In this document: piece by piece, positions 9,454 through 19,540 of the stretch
Layout of the letters: each line of letters begins with the position of its first letter
How positions within the stretch are numbered: the stretch's first letter is position 1
Source of the DNA: Pasteurella multocida
Lineage (GTDB): Bacteria > Pseudomonadota > Gammaproteobacteria > Enterobacterales > Pasteurellaceae
NCBI RefSeq assembly: GCF_900187275.1
Contig: NZ_LT906458.1
Span: forward strand, 330,001-362,000
Length of the DNA stretch: 32,000 bases
Reading direction: 5' to 3'
The notes under the pieces: model-generated
Databases searched by the model: none
Seen by the model: only the letters and a program-made list of their open reading frames with translations
What the model was told of the DNA's origin: nothing
Translations under genes and position numbers: made by a program

Positions 9454-12400
9454 AAAAAACACATTTAGTTAAAAAGGCCTTTTTTGCCCTGAGCTTATGT
9501 TTTATGTTCAACGCATACACATTCGCTCAACTTCCTACACCAAATGATATTCAAGCCCAATTAAAAGTTGCCAAAAGTGCAGAGCAAAATGATACCAATA
9601 GTAAAACTGTGGTACAGAATTTGGAAGAAACCTTGGCATTGTTGGCAAAAATTGACAAGCAGAAAGCGGATATTAAAGACTTAGAGGCGCGTATTGATGG
9701 GGCTGCAGAGCAAACGACAAAAGCGCAAAAACGTTTAGAAACGCTGAAAAGTACGCCAGCACCTTCCGCAACACAATTTGAGAAATTGTCTTTGGCTGAT
9801 TTACAAGCCAAGTTATTGAGTACGCAACAAGCATTACAACAAATTCAAGCAGATGCAACAGGACTGAATACTGAATTGGTCACGCTTCGCACTGCGCCTG
9901 AGCGTGCCCAAGTGACACTCAATGCGAATTTAACCCGTGTACAAGAAATTAATAAGTTATTAGCGAATGCGGACACCATACCAAGTGGAAAAGTGAAGCT
10001 AGAAACGGAATTAGCCTTATTAGAATTGCAAAACAGTTTTAATAAATTGTTATTGCAAGGCAATAATGTCTTAACCACGTTATATACGCTCGAGCTAGAA
10101 GATAAGAACTTAGAAGTTGCGCAGTTGCAAGAACAGATTAAGAATTTACAGGATGCGATTAACCAGAAATATTTAAAAGAATCGCAACAGCAAGTGGAGC
10201 AACTGACCAAATCGCAATTGGAAAATAAAGGCACTACACATCCTGAAGTAGCAAGCCAATTAGAGCAGAATGTGCGATTAAGCCAGGCGCTAGTGCAACA
10301 AACCACCGAAATGAATACGTTATCGCAAGATAATTTACGTATTAAAAATGTGCTGAATAACTTACAACAGACACAACGCAATATTGAAGATCAAATTAGT
10401 GCGTTGCAAGGTTCACTGGTGTTGTCACGCATTATTAATAAACAAAAAGAGTTGTTACCACAAGATGAAATGATTGCTGGGTTATCGAAACGCATCACGG
10501 ATCTGCGTGTCCGTATCTTTGATCTGACTGAGATGCGGGATAATCTTTATGATCCGCAGAGCTATATTTCAGCACTTGAAAAGAAACAACAAGTCGCGTT
10601 TAGTGCGCAAGAAAAAGCCAGCTTAGATTCGATTTTACAAGAGCGCCGTAAGTTATTATCTGACATCATTAGTTTGCTTAATAACCAGCTCAATTTGGTG
10701 ATTAATATTGAGCTTAACCAAAAGCAAGTTGCGTTAATTAGTGATCAACTACAAAGTAAATTGCAGCAACAAAGCTTCTGGGTAAAAAGTAATGCACCGA
10801 TGGATGTAGATTGGGTCAAACAATTTTTACCTGCGGTTCAAGTGCAAGTAACGGAGATTATTAAGCAAATTGATTTTTCCAATTGGCGTGAGAATTTGGT
10901 ACCTGCGGCATTAATCATTGCGCTATTACTGGTATTCACTTTCTTGATTCAATTACAGAAAGCAAAAATTAAACAACGTTTAACCAATATTAATCAAAAA
11001 ATTAATACACTCACTTCGGATAGCCAATGGCACACTCCCGAAGCCATTTTATGGACGTTGGTGCTATGTTTACCTAGCACTTTCATTTTTACTGCATTGC
11101 TAGTGTTTATGGTGTATTTGTGTTTTGCAGAACCATTGAATTTAGCAAGTTGGGTTGTCAGCATGGGCGGCTATTGGTGTTTCTTCGCCTTTATGTTATC
11201 GCTGTTACGTCCAAATGGGATTGCCTATCGCCATTTTAGTATGCCAAAAGAAAGTGTCGATCGTTTTTATCGTGTTTTTGGTCGCTCTGTTTGGATTTCC
11301 GCGTTATGGATTAATGCCTCGCTCTTTACACATTTAGAAACGGGGATTACCAACGATGTGATTGGGCAAGTGATGACAATTTCGGTGTTGTTTATTTCTT
11401 TACTGATTATTGGTCCACGTATTCAAGATGCCGTGAAATCGTATGAAAATTCATCGGAAGATAACACTAAATCAATTCATATGGTGTTAAAAATAGGGCG
11501 TTTTTTCCTTGTTGCGGCACCGATTATCCTGATTGTGCTTGTTGTGATGGGCTACTACTATACGGCACTGAATTTGATGGAACATTTAATGTCCTCTTAT
11601 TTTGTGGTTGTCACTTGGTTAGTGTTAAAAAATGTGATTCACCGTGGTTTAACCGTATCCTCGCGTCGTTTATCTTACAATCGTTTGAAAGAAAAAATCG
11701 AGCAACAGGCGCAGCCAAAAGTCAATACGGAAGAAGAATTGAATATTGGACTGGAGTTACAGCAAAACGAAAGTTTAGGTATCGCCCAAGTCAAAGATCA
11801 AGTATTACGTGTCACTGATTTGCTGTTAACGGTCATTTTATTAGGCATGTTATATTGGGTTTGGTCTGATCTGGTTACTGTCGCCTATTACTTACAGGGT
11901 GTCACATTATGGCAACAAAGTGTCACTACCGCAGCGGGAACAGTGATGGAGTCCATTACTTTATTGAATCTGTTGTTGGCAGTAGTGATTTTAATTGCCA
12001 TGTATGCTTTAGTGCGTAATATTGGCGGTTTGCTTGAAGTATTAGTGTTTTCACGGGTGAGCTTTTCCCAAGGCACGCCTTATACCATTACGACCTTAGC
12101 CACTTATTTCATTATTGCGATTGGCGCGGGCGTCGCCTTTTCGACTTTAGGGATGTCATGGTCGAAATTACAATGGTTATTTGCTGCCTTGTCTGTGGGT
12201 CTAGGTTTTGGTTTGCAAGAAATCTTTGCTAACTTTGTGTCAGGTTTGATCATTTTATTTGAGCGTCCAGTGCGCATTGGTGATGTGATTACGATTGGTG
12301 AATATTCCGGTACCGTATCACGTATTCGTATTCGTTCGACTACGTTAATTGATTTTGACCGTAAAGAAGTGATTGTGCCAAATAAAGCGTTTGTAACAGA

Positions 12401-12791
12401 ACGTTTGGTCAACTGGGCACTTAATGATTCGGTTACGCGTGTGGTGATTCGTGTTGGAGTAGGCTATGGTTCAGATCTGGAGTTAACCAAACGTTTATTA
12501 CTGCAAGCGGCGACAGAATGTGATCGTGTATTGAAAGATCCAGAACCGGTAGTGTACTTCTTAAACTTTGGGGCAAGCTCATTGGATCATGAGTTACGTT
12601 TATACGTAGGCAAATTGGCAGATCGGAATCCGACAGTCGATTGCTTAAACCGTCGTATTAACAGCTTATTTGAAGAAAATAATATTGAAATTTCATTTAA
12701 CCAGTTGGATGTCTTCATTAAAAATCAGGTAACCAACGAAGAAATTAAACTGAATCAACAATGTTTTCCAACGCAAAAACAGGAAGGATAA
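9450..12791 (+). CDS. mscK: Large MscS-family mechanosensitive channel (MscK/KefA/AefA type)
   Basis: 1113 aa: signal peptide, long Q/L-rich coiled-coil periplasmic region, about 11 hydrophobic segments, and a C-terminal MscS core (FANFVSGLIILFERPVRIGD). The start overlaps the menE stop (ATGA). Confidence 0.9.
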   Translation: MKKTHLVKKAFFALSLCFMFNAYTFAQLPTPNDIQAQLKVAKSAEQNDTNSKTVVQNLEETLALLAKIDKQKADIKDLEARIDGAAEQTTKAQKRLETLKSTPAPSATQFEKLSLADLQAKLLSTQQALQQIQADATGLNTELVTLRTAPERAQVTLNANLTRVQEINKLLANADTIPSGKVKLETELALLELQNSFNKLLLQGNNVLTTLYTLELEDKNLEVAQLQEQIKNLQDAINQKYLKESQQQVEQLTKSQLENKGTTHPEVASQLEQNVRLSQALVQQTTEMNTLSQDNLRIKNVLNNLQQTQRNIEDQISALQGSLVLSRIINKQKELLPQDEMIAGLSKRITDLRVRIFDLTEMRDNLYDPQSYISALEKKQQVAFSAQEKASLDSILQERRKLLSDIISLLNNQLNLVINIELNQKQVALISDQLQSKLQQQSFWVKSNAPMDVDWVKQFLPAVQVQVTEIIKQIDFSNWRENLVPAALIIALLLVFTFLIQLQKAKIKQRLTNINQKINTLTSDSQWHTPEAILWTLVLCLPSTFIFTALLVFMVYLCFAEPLNLASWVVSMGGYWCFFAFMLSLLRPNGIAYRHFSMPKESVDRFYRVFGRSVWISALWINASLFTHLETGITNDVIGQVMTISVLFISLLIIGPRIQDAVKSYENSSEDNTKSIHMVLKIGRFFLVAAPIILIVLVVMGYYYTALNLMEHLMSSYFVVVTWLVLKNVIHRGLTVSSRRLSYNRLKEKIEQQAQPKVNTEEELNIGLELQQNESLGIAQVKDQVLRVTDLLLTVILLGMLYWVWSDLVTVAYYLQGVTLWQQSVTTAAGTVMESITLLNLLLAVVILIAMYALVRNIGGLLEVLVFSRVSFSQGTPYTITTLATYFIIAIGAGVAFSTLGMSWSKLQWLFAALSVGLGFGLQEIFANFVSGLIILFERPVRIGDVITIGEYSGTVSRIRIRSTTLIDFDRKEVIVPNKAFVTERLVNWALNDSVTRVVIRVGVGYGSDLELTKRLLLQAATECDRVLKDPEPVVYFLNFGASSLDHELRLYVGKLADRNPTVDCLNRRINSLFEENNIEISFNQLDVFIKNQVTNEEIKLNQQCFPTQKQEG

Positions 12792-12794
12792 AAG

Positions 12795-13868
12795 ATGGCA
12801 GGAAATACAATTGGGCAACTTTTTCAGGTAACAACATTTGGTGAATCACATGGGATTGCGCTCGGCTGTATTGTGGATGGTGTACCACCCGGGCTGAGTT
12901 TATCTGAGGCAGACATTCAACCTGATTTAGATCGCCGTAAACCCGGTACATCGCGTTATACCACACCGCGTCGTGAAGATGACGAAGTGCAGATTTTATC
13001 GGGTGTGTTTGAAGGTAAAACCACGGGGACGAGTATCGGGATGATCATCAAAAATGCGGATCAACGTTCGCAAGATTATGGTGACATTAAAGATCGTTTT
13101 CGTCCTGGACACGCTGATTTTACCTACCAACAAAAATACGGGATACGCGATTATCGTGGTGGTGGGCGTTCTTCCGCACGAGAAACAGCCATGCGAGTTG
13201 CCGCAGGTGCCATCGCGAAAAAATATTTGCGTGAGCATTTTGGCGTAGAGGTGAGAGGCTTTTTGGCTCAAATTGGTGATGTGGCGATTGCCCCGCAAGT
13301 GATTGAGCAAATTGATTGGCAACAAGTCAACAGTAATCCGTTCTTTTGTCCGGATCCGAGTGCGGTGGAAAAATTTGATGAATTAATTCGTCAGCTGAAA
13401 AAAGAGGGTGATTCGATTGGGGCAAAATTAACGGTAGTGGCAGAAAATGTGCCAGTTGGCTTGGGTGAACCCGTGTTTGATCGTTTAGATGCGGATCTGG
13501 CTCACGCTTTGATGGGCATTAATGCGGTGAAAGCAGTGGAAATTGGTGATGGCTTTGCGGTGGTTAATCAGCGTGGTTCAGCACATCGCGATGAAATGAC
13601 GCCGGAAGGCTTTTTGTCTAATCATGCGGGTGGTATTCTGGGCGGTATTAGCTCAGGTCAACCGATTGTCGCGACAATTGCTTTAAAACCAACTTCAAGC
13701 ATCACAATTCCGGGGCGTTCAGTCAATCTTGCCAATGAGCCTGTCGAGGTGGTTACGAAAGGACGTCATGATCCTTGTGTGGGGATTCGTGCCGTACCGA
13801 TTGCTGAAGCGATGGTTGCGATTGTCTTACTCGATCACTTATTAAGACATAAAGCGCAAAATAGATAA
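12795..13868 (+). CDS. aroC: Chorismate synthase
   Basis: [28 protein letters not shown] and GRHDPCVG signature motifs. Confidence 0.97.
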   Translation: MAGNTIGQLFQVTTFGESHGIALGCIVDGVPPGLSLSEADIQPDLDRRKPGTSRYTTPRREDDEVQILSGVFEGKTTGTSIGMIIKNADQRSQDYGDIKDRFRPGHADFTYQQKYGIRDYRGGGRSSARETAMRVAAGAIAKKYLREHFGVEVRGFLAQIGDVAIAPQVIEQIDWQQVNSNPFFCPDPSAVEKFDELIRQLKKEGDSIGAKLTVVAENVPVGLGEPVFDRLDADLAHALMGINAVKAVEIGDGFAVVNQRGSAHRDEMTPEGFLSNHAGGILGGISSGQPIVATIALKPTSSITIPGRSVNLANEPVEVVTKGRHDPCVGIRAVPIAEAMVAIVLLDHLLRHKAQNR

Positions 13869-13917
13869 TGATGAAGTCATGTGCAAAGGATGGCACCAAC
13901 ACGAGGTTTAATTGAGG

Positions 13918-14793
13918 ATGACATCCACGAATATGATGAAAAAAAGCGTTAATATCGCGGTTATGTTGACCGCACTTTTCAGCCTGTTGTGTAGCCTTGC
14001 TTATGCGTCGCCACAAGAATGGCAGAAAATCAAACGCCCGATTCCGGGCAGCCCTGAGCCGATTGGTAGTTATTCCAATGGCTGTATTATTGGCGCGCAA
14101 GCTTTACCCTATAAAGGTGATGGCTATCAAGTGATTCGTAAAAATCGCAATCGTTATTATGGTCACCCCGATATGATTGACTATTTGCAACGTTTGGGCA
14201 AAAAAGTCAAAGCCGCAGGATTACCTACAATGCTGATCGGCGATATTGCGATGCCTGGTGGGGGACGTTTTTTGACGGGGCATGCCAGTCACCAAATGGG
14301 CTTAGATGCGGATATTTGGTTGCGTATGGGCACTATGTCTGATCAAGATGCATTGAATTCTGATGGAAAAGGCTTGTTGGTGGTCGATCGTAAAGCACAG
14401 CGTGTAGATGAGCGAGTTTGGAACAACAATCATGCCTTATTAATTAAGCTGGCAGCAGAAGATCCAAAAGTGACGCGTATTTTTGTCAATCCAGCGATTA
14501 AACTCAAATTATGTCAGAGCGCGGGAAATCAGCGAGCATGGTTGCATAAAGTGCGTCCTTGGTTCGGACATGATTCTCACTTTCATGTTCGTTTGACTTG
14601 TCCAAAGGGGGCAAGTTACTGTGAAAATCAAGCACCAGTGCCTGCAGGGGATGGCTGTGGAAGTGAATTATATTCTTGGTTCGAGCCACCGAAACCTACA
14701 AAAACACCAAGTGAACCTAAAGCGGTTCCACAAGCTCCCCCTTTGTGTCAACAGATCTTAAATGCACCCAATCGGAGTGAATGGTTGGAATAA
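13918..14793 (+). CDS. mepA: Penicillin-insensitive murein DD-endopeptidase
   Basis: Signal peptide ending AYA|SP, then HASHQ.GLD.DIW and HF HVRL zinc-site motifs. aroC-mepA-yfcA are neighbours as in E. coli. Start is ambiguous: TTG 13912, ATG 13918, or ATG 13933/13936. Confidence 0.9.
   Translation: MTSTNMMKKSVNIAVMLTALFSLLCSLAYASPQEWQKIKRPIPGSPEPIGSYSNGCIIGAQALPYKGDGYQVIRKNRNRYYGHPDMIDYLQRLGKKVKAAGLPTMLIGDIAMPGGGRFLTGHASHQMGLDADIWLRMGTMSDQDALNSDGKGLLVVDRKAQRVDERVWNNNHALLIKLAAEDPKVTRIFVNPAIKLKLCQSAGNQRAWLHKVRPWFGHDSHFHVRLTCPKGASYCENQAPVPAGDGCGSELYSWFEPPKPTKTPSEPKAVPQAPPLCQQILNAPNRSEWLE
13969..13977 (-). repeat. Uptake signal sequence core (ACCGCACTT on the plus strand)
   Basis: Exact 9-mer followed by TT, inside the mepA signal-peptide region. 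Confidence 0.8.
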
Positions 14794-14802
14794 GGAAAAT
14801 AA

Positions 14803-15567
14803 ATGGAAATTGGAATCAATGTGCTTGTACTTCTCTTTGCTGTAGCATTGGTCGCGGGGTTTATTGATGCGATTGCGGGTGGCGGCGGATTAATTACAAT
14901 CCCGGCTTTATTAATGACTGGGATGCCACCAGCACTTGCATTGGGAACTAATAAATTACAAGCTTGCGGGGGTTCTTTTTCCGCGAGCTTATATTTTTTG
15001 CGTCAAAGAGCGGTCAATTTAGCGGAAGTTTGGCTTATTTTATTGATGACGTTTATTGGTGCCTCATTAGGGACTATTTTAATTCAACTTGTCGATAGCG
15101 CCATCATTAAGAAAGTCTTGCCTTTTTTAATTTTAGCCATTGGTTTGTATTTTTTATTTAGTCCTACTTTGGGCAATGAGGATCGCCAAAAACGCATTTC
15201 CTACCTAGCCTTTGCCTTCACTGCCGGTCTAGGTATTGGTTTTTATGACGGTTTTTTTGGTCCGGGAACCGGATCCTTACTGAGTTTAGCCTTTGTGATG
15301 TTATTAGGATTTAATCTGACAAAAGCCACCGCGCATGCAAAAGTGTTAAATTTCACCTCAAATGTCGCTTCGTTGATCTTCTTTTTAATTGGAGGACAGA
15401 TTATGTGGAGTGTGGGATTTGCGATGATGGCAGGGCAATTTATTGGGGCAAACTTAGGCGCCAAAATGGTACTCAGTAAAGGGAAAACATTAATTCGCCC
15501 AATGGTCGTGGTGATGTCATTTATCATGACAATGAAAATGGCCTATGATCAAGGTTGGTTTAGCTAA
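14803..15567 (+). CDS. yfcA: TSUP (TauE/SafE) family membrane transporter, YfcA-like
   Basis: 254-aa polytopic protein with GGGG.I..PAL and LGTNK motifs. Follows mepA, as in E. coli. Confidence 0.85.
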   Translation: MEIGINVLVLLFAVALVAGFIDAIAGGGGLITIPALLMTGMPPALALGTNKLQACGGSFSASLYFLRQRAVNLAEVWLILLMTFIGASLGTILIQLVDSAIIKKVLPFLILAIGLYFLFSPTLGNEDRQKRISYLAFAFTAGLGIGFYDGFFGPGTGSLLSLAFVMLLGFNLTKATAHAKVLNFTSNVASLIFFLIGGQIMWSVGFAMMAGQFIGANLGAKMVLSKGKTLIRPMVVVMSFIMTMKMAYDQGWFS

Positions 15568-15572
15568 TAGGA

Positions 15573-16529
15573 ATGGCAATGTCAGAAGAAGATACACGTT
15601 TAACGGCTCGCAGTGGTTATCAACCACAGTTTTCATGGTCCTATTTACAGCCAAAATATTGGTTAATTTGGTTAGGCATTTTCGGCTTGATTTTACTTGC
15701 CTTTGTGCCGTTTCGTTTACGTGATAAGTTGGCCAGTTACATTGGGAAAATTGTGGCAAGGAAAGCCAAAAAGCAACGTCACCGTGCCAAGATTAATTTA
15801 CAATATTGTTTTCCTCACTGGACAGAAGCGCAACGTGAACAGACAATCGAAGAAATGTTTGTGATTGTGACGCAAGTCATGTTAGGAATTGGGGAAATTG
15901 CGATACGCTCGAAACGACATTTACAACGCCGTAGTTGTTTCACCGGGCTAGAACATATTCATCGCGCCCGTGAGCAGGGCAAAAATATTATTTTATTAGT
16001 GCCTCATGCTTGGGCAATCGATGCCTCAGGGATTATTTTACATACCCATGGTATGCCAATGACTTCTATGTATAATCCACACCGTAATCCTTTGGTTGAT
16101 TGGTTATGGACTTTTGCCCGTCAACGTTTTGGTGGCAAAATGCATGCCCGTCAAAATGGGATTAAACCGTTTTTAAATCATGTGAAGCAAGGTGATATGG
16201 GCTATTATTTACCAGATGAAGATTATGGGGCAGAGTTAAGTGTATTCGTGGATTTTTTTGCCACATACAAAGCCACTTTACCGGGCATTAATAAAATTGC
16301 ACGCTTAGCGAAGGCAGCGGTGATCCCGATGTTTCCTCGCTATAATGCCTTATCGGGAAAATATGAAATAGAGATTCATCCTGCTATGACATTGAGTGAT
16401 GATCCTGAACAAGCAGCTCGCGCGATGAATCAAGAAATTGAAAGTTTTGTGACGGCTACACCGGCACAATATGTTTGGATTTTACGTTTGCTAAAAACCC
16501 GTAAAGACGGCACCGACATTTATGCTTAA
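15573..16529 (+). CDS. lpxM: Late lipid A acyltransferase (Kdo2-lauroyl-lipid IVA myristoyltransferase type)
   Basis: Near-identical blocks to recalled E. coli LpxM/MsbB: RFGG..HAR.NGIKPF, YYLPD.D.G...S.FVDFFATYKATLP, QY.WIL.LLKTRK. The start may be ATG 15579. Confidence 0.85.
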   Translation: MAMSEEDTRLTARSGYQPQFSWSYLQPKYWLIWLGIFGLILLAFVPFRLRDKLASYIGKIVARKAKKQRHRAKINLQYCFPHWTEAQREQTIEEMFVIVTQVMLGIGEIAIRSKRHLQRRSCFTGLEHIHRAREQGKNIILLVPHAWAIDASGIILHTHGMPMTSMYNPHRNPLVDWLWTFARQRFGGKMHARQNGIKPFLNHVKQGDMGYYLPDEDYGAELSVFVDFFATYKATLPGINKIARLAKAAVIPMFPRYNALSGKYEIEIHPAMTLSDDPEQAARAMNQEIESFVTATPAQYVWILRLLKTRKDGTDIYA

Positions 16530-16741
16530 GTCAGTGGGCATGTCTGCTTGTCAACGTGATGATCGTCTCCTTTTATCATGATATGACAACGCTGAAGGGG
16601 CTGATAGAAAAGGAGTAAGCCTCGTAGAAAGAGTTGAGTTGCTAGGCATTTTTTGCGAAAATGACGAGCAACATTTTGATTGTATTTTTGTGTAAATGGC
16701 TGGTGTTATCCATTTGAAATCACAAAATAATTTTTATTTTA

Positions 16742-16750
16742 ACCGCACTT
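16742..16750 (-). repeat. Uptake signal sequence core (ACCGCACTT on the plus strand)
   Basis: Exact 9-mer in the lpxM-apt spacer. Confidence 0.8.
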
Positions 16751-16763
16751 ATTAGGCAAAAAA

Positions 16764-17306
16764 ATGAACGATAAACTTGCTTTGATTAAATCTTCCATTA
16801 AGTCTATTCCAAATCATCCCAAAGAAGGGATTATTTTTCGCGACATTACCAGTTTGTTAGAAGTTCCTGCTGCTTTTCAGACCGTGGTTGATCTTTTTGT
16901 GACACGTTATAAAGAAAAAGGGATCACCAAAGTGTTAGGAACAGAATCACGTGGTTTTATTTTTGGTGCACCTGTGGCTTTAGCATTAAATGTCCCTTTT
17001 GTGCTGGTGAGAAAACCGGGCAAATTACCACGTGAAACTATTTCACAAACCTATCAGTTAGAGTATGGACAAGATACGCTTGAAATCCATACTGATGCAA
17101 TTCATGCACAAGATAAAGTTTTGATTATTGATGATTTGCTCGCCACAGGTGGTACCGTAGAAGCCACGGTGAAATTAGTTCAACGTTTAGGCGGTGATGT
17201 GCAAGACGCTGCTTTTGTGATTAACTTGCCTGATTTAGGTGGGGAAGCACGTTTAAATGCATTAGGTATTGATGCTTATACCTTAGTGGACTTTGCTGGG
17301 CATTAA
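16764..17306 (+). CDS. apt: Adenine phosphoribosyltransferase
   Basis: 180 aa with FRDIT.LL and the PRPP loop [13 protein letters not shown]. Confidence 0.95.
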   Translation: MNDKLALIKSSIKSIPNHPKEGIIFRDITSLLEVPAAFQTVVDLFVTRYKEKGITKVLGTESRGFIFGAPVALALNVPFVLVRKPGKLPRETISQTYQLEYGQDTLEIHTDAIHAQDKVLIIDDLLATGGTVEATVKLVQRLGGDVQDAAFVINLPDLGGEARLNALGIDAYTLVDFAGH

Positions 17307-17340
17307 TCCGCATCTCTGAGTATTGAAGAAAGGAAAATAA

Positions 17341-19485
17341 ATGAGTTATCAAGTCTTGGCACGAAAATGGCGACCAAAAACCTTTAGTGACGTGGTTGGG
17401 CAAACCCATATTTTAACCGCGCTTTCTAATGGGTTGAAAGAAAATCGCCTGCATCATGCCTATCTCTTTTCTGGAACGCGTGGTGTAGGGAAAACGTCGA
17501 TAGCTCGTTTATTTGCGAAAGGCTTAAATTGCGTTCATGGTGTGACAGCTGAACCTTGTGGTGAATGTGAACATTGTAAAGCAATTGAACAGGGAAACTT
17601 TATTGATCTGATTGAAATTGACGCAGCATCACGTACGAAAGTCGAAGATACGCGTGAGTTATTGGATAATGTACAATACAAACCAGTACAAGGACGCTAT
17701 AAGGTTTATCTAATCGACGAAGTCCATATGCTTTCCCGTCATTCGTTTAACGCTTTACTGAAAACCTTAGAAGAACCACCGGAGTATGTCAAATTCTTAC
17801 TGGCGACCACTGATCCGCAAAAACTGCCTATTACGATTTTATCCCGTTGTATGCAGTTTCATTTAAAGGCGTTGGAACAGCAACAAATCGCACAGCATCT
17901 TGAATTTATTCTTACCCAAGAGAAAATCCCCTTTGAGTTTCTTGCGTTAGAAAAATTAGCCAAAGCTGCACAGGGCAGTATTCGTGATAGCTTAAGTTTA
18001 ACGGATCAAGCGATTGCAATGAGTAATGGCAACATTACCTTAAATGTGGTGCATGAGATGTTAGGCTTGCTTGATGATGATCAAGCTTTAGACATTATCC
18101 ATGCTTTGCAACAAGGGCAGGGTGAGTCAGTGATGAAAGGGGTACAAGCCGTTGCGGAAAAAGGGGGAGATTGGGACGAATTATTGCGTGATATCGGCGA
18201 GAATTTGCATAAAATTGCCATGCAACAGTTATTGCCTAGTTCACAGCTGGATGACACGAGTCGAATCGGTTTTCTAGCCAGTCATATTTCACCAGAAGAT
18301 GTGCAGTTTTTCTATCAAGTTATGCTCACGGGACGTAAAGAACTGCCGTATGCGCCAAATCGTCGTATTGGGGTTGAAATGACGTTATTGCGGGCATTAG
18401 CCTTTCATCCTAAATTCGTTGCTGTGGCACCAACGCATGCAACGCCCATCTTTGAGCAAGATACAGGTGGTTCATCAACGCGTCATATTGAAGTCCCGAT
18501 CGTTTCACAAAATATAAAATCGCAATATAAAAGCCAAGTGAAATCAACAGTCGCAGCGCCGGCACAGGTTAGCCCTCCTGTTGAGGAAAAGGTGCACACA
18601 CACACAGAAGAAACGGAAACGTATTCGCCTGCATTTGATGCTTTAGCTCAGATTGATAAATTAGATCATTTAACCATCACACCACAGAAAGAAAAAAAAA
18701 AGTATAGTTCATCAACAGAAGCGTTAGCACCACGGGTTTCCTTATCAAGTGATACCTCCTCTTCTACGTTAACATCATTACCGGTGATTGAAAGTAAACC
18801 GCGTGATACAAGTTTCATAAAAAATAAGGCTTCCGCTTTATCAACACTATCTGCGCCAGAAACGGCGCTATCCTCAGCCTCTCCTTTAAATACGCCTGTA
18901 TTACAAGCAACACAGCATACTGAACCTGAAGGAGAAGACGAAGATGACATCATCGATGATACGCTTTTGGCGGAAACTTATCGTTGGGAATGGCGTAATC
19001 CAGAATTGGCTAAAACACAAGAAGGGATTAAGCCTTCTGCTTTAAAACAGCGTTTAGAACAAGAAATTACGCCTGAATTGCGCGCGAAAGTGATTGATAT
19101 CGCGCGTAAACAAGATTTTTGGACAGATTGTGTAGAGTCACTTGATATCCAGAATTTAACCAAAGAATTAGCCTTAAACTGTATTTTACTTTCACATGAT
19201 GGGGCGGCGTTTCACCTTGGCGTGCGTGACAACAAAGCGCACTTACACACCACGAATGCACAACAGCAGTTACAACAAGCATTGAGCCAGTTACAACAGC
19301 AAGCTATGAATGTGCTGATCTCGCCGACGGACTCTGACAACTTGACACCAACAGAATGGTATCGGCAAACCTATAAAGCGTTGCGTGAAAAAGCGCAACA
19401 AGCGTTACAGCATGATGAGAAATTGCAGCTTTTTTTACATGAATTTAGTGCAGAAATCGAGCTTTCGACAGTAAAACCCATTTAA
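17341..19485 (+). CDS. dnaX: DNA polymerase III subunit tau (with a probable gamma product)
   Basis: MSYQVLARKWRP..F..VVGQ, Walker A GTRGVGKTS, zinc module CG.CEHC, SRC motif TILSRC. Variable S/T/P-rich linker and a tau-specific C-terminus. Confidence 0.95.
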   Translation: MSYQVLARKWRPKTFSDVVGQTHILTALSNGLKENRLHHAYLFSGTRGVGKTSIARLFAKGLNCVHGVTAEPCGECEHCKAIEQGNFIDLIEIDAASRTKVEDTRELLDNVQYKPVQGRYKVYLIDEVHMLSRHSFNALLKTLEEPPEYVKFLLATTDPQKLPITILSRCMQFHLKALEQQQIAQHLEFILTQEKIPFEFLALEKLAKAAQGSIRDSLSLTDQAIAMSNGNITLNVVHEMLGLLDDDQALDIIHALQQGQGESVMKGVQAVAEKGGDWDELLRDIGENLHKIAMQQLLPSSQLDDTSRIGFLASHISPEDVQFFYQVMLTGRKELPYAPNRRIGVEMTLLRALAFHPKFVAVAPTHATPIFEQDTGGSSTRHIEVPIVSQNIKSQYKSQVKSTVAAPAQVSPPVEEKVHTHTEETETYSPAFDALAQIDKLDHLTITPQKEKKKYSSSTEALAPRVSLSSDTSSSTLTSLPVIESKPRDTSFIKNKASALSTLSAPETALSSASPLNTPVLQATQHTEPEGEDEDDIIDDTLLAETYRWEWRNPELAKTQEGIKPSALKQRLEQEITPELRAKVIDIARKQDFWTDCVESLDIQNLTKELALNCILLSHDGAAFHLGVRDNKAHLHTTNAQQQLQQALSQLQQQAMNVLISPTDSDNLTPTEWYRQTYKALREKAQQALQHDEKLQLFLHEFSAEIELSTVKPI
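18692..18707 (+). promoter_or_regulatory. Candidate recoding site in dnaX: A10 run containing in-phase A_AAA_AAG, followed by a -1-frame stop
   Basis: Zero frame is gaa aaa aaa aag tat (codons 451-455). The -1 frame reads GTA (18702-18704) then TAG (18705-18707). Confidence 0.5.
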
Positions 19486-19492
19486 GTGCGGT
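19484..19492 (+). repeat. Uptake signal sequence core AAGTGCGGT
   Basis: Exact 9-mer overlapping the last two bases of the dnaX stop codon. Confidence 0.8.
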
Positions 19493-19511
19493 CGATTTTA
19501 CGAGAATTTTC

Positions 19512-19540
19512 ACGCCCTCAATCTTGAGGGCGTATTTTTT
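19512..19540. terminator. Terminator between convergent dnaX and the antiporter gene
   Basis: acgccctca(19512-19520)/tgagggcgt(19525-19533) form a perfect 9-bp GC-rich stem with a 4-nt loop, followed by ATTTTTT. The T-tract overlaps the antiporter stop codon. Confidence 0.7.

Noticed and set aside
9845-10381. 178-aa Cys-rich ORF antisense to the mscK coiled-coil region; similar antisense or out-of-frame ORFs occur at 1884-2327, 2004-2330, 20026-20463, 12104-12412 and 25928-26272
   Set aside because: All are embedded in confidently identified genes. Their composition is implausible (Cys/Ser/Phe-rich or low complexity) and they lack translation signals. They are shadow ORFs.
16530-16763. 234-bp lpxM-apt spacer, examined for a tRNA, 6S-like or other structured RNA, or a small gene
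   Set aside because: No T-arm/GTTCGAATC-type tRNA signature and no long-range end pairing. Only weak AT-rich hairpins (e.g. aaatgg/ccattt, 16694-16715) and a 13-codon ORF without an RBS. It most likely holds the apt promoter plus a USS.
18595-18606. (CA)6 dinucleotide repeat inside dnaX, considered as a phase-variation tract
   Set aside because: Only 12 nt, encoding HTHT in the variable linker of an essential gene. This is far shorter than known contingency-locus repeats in Pasteurellaceae.
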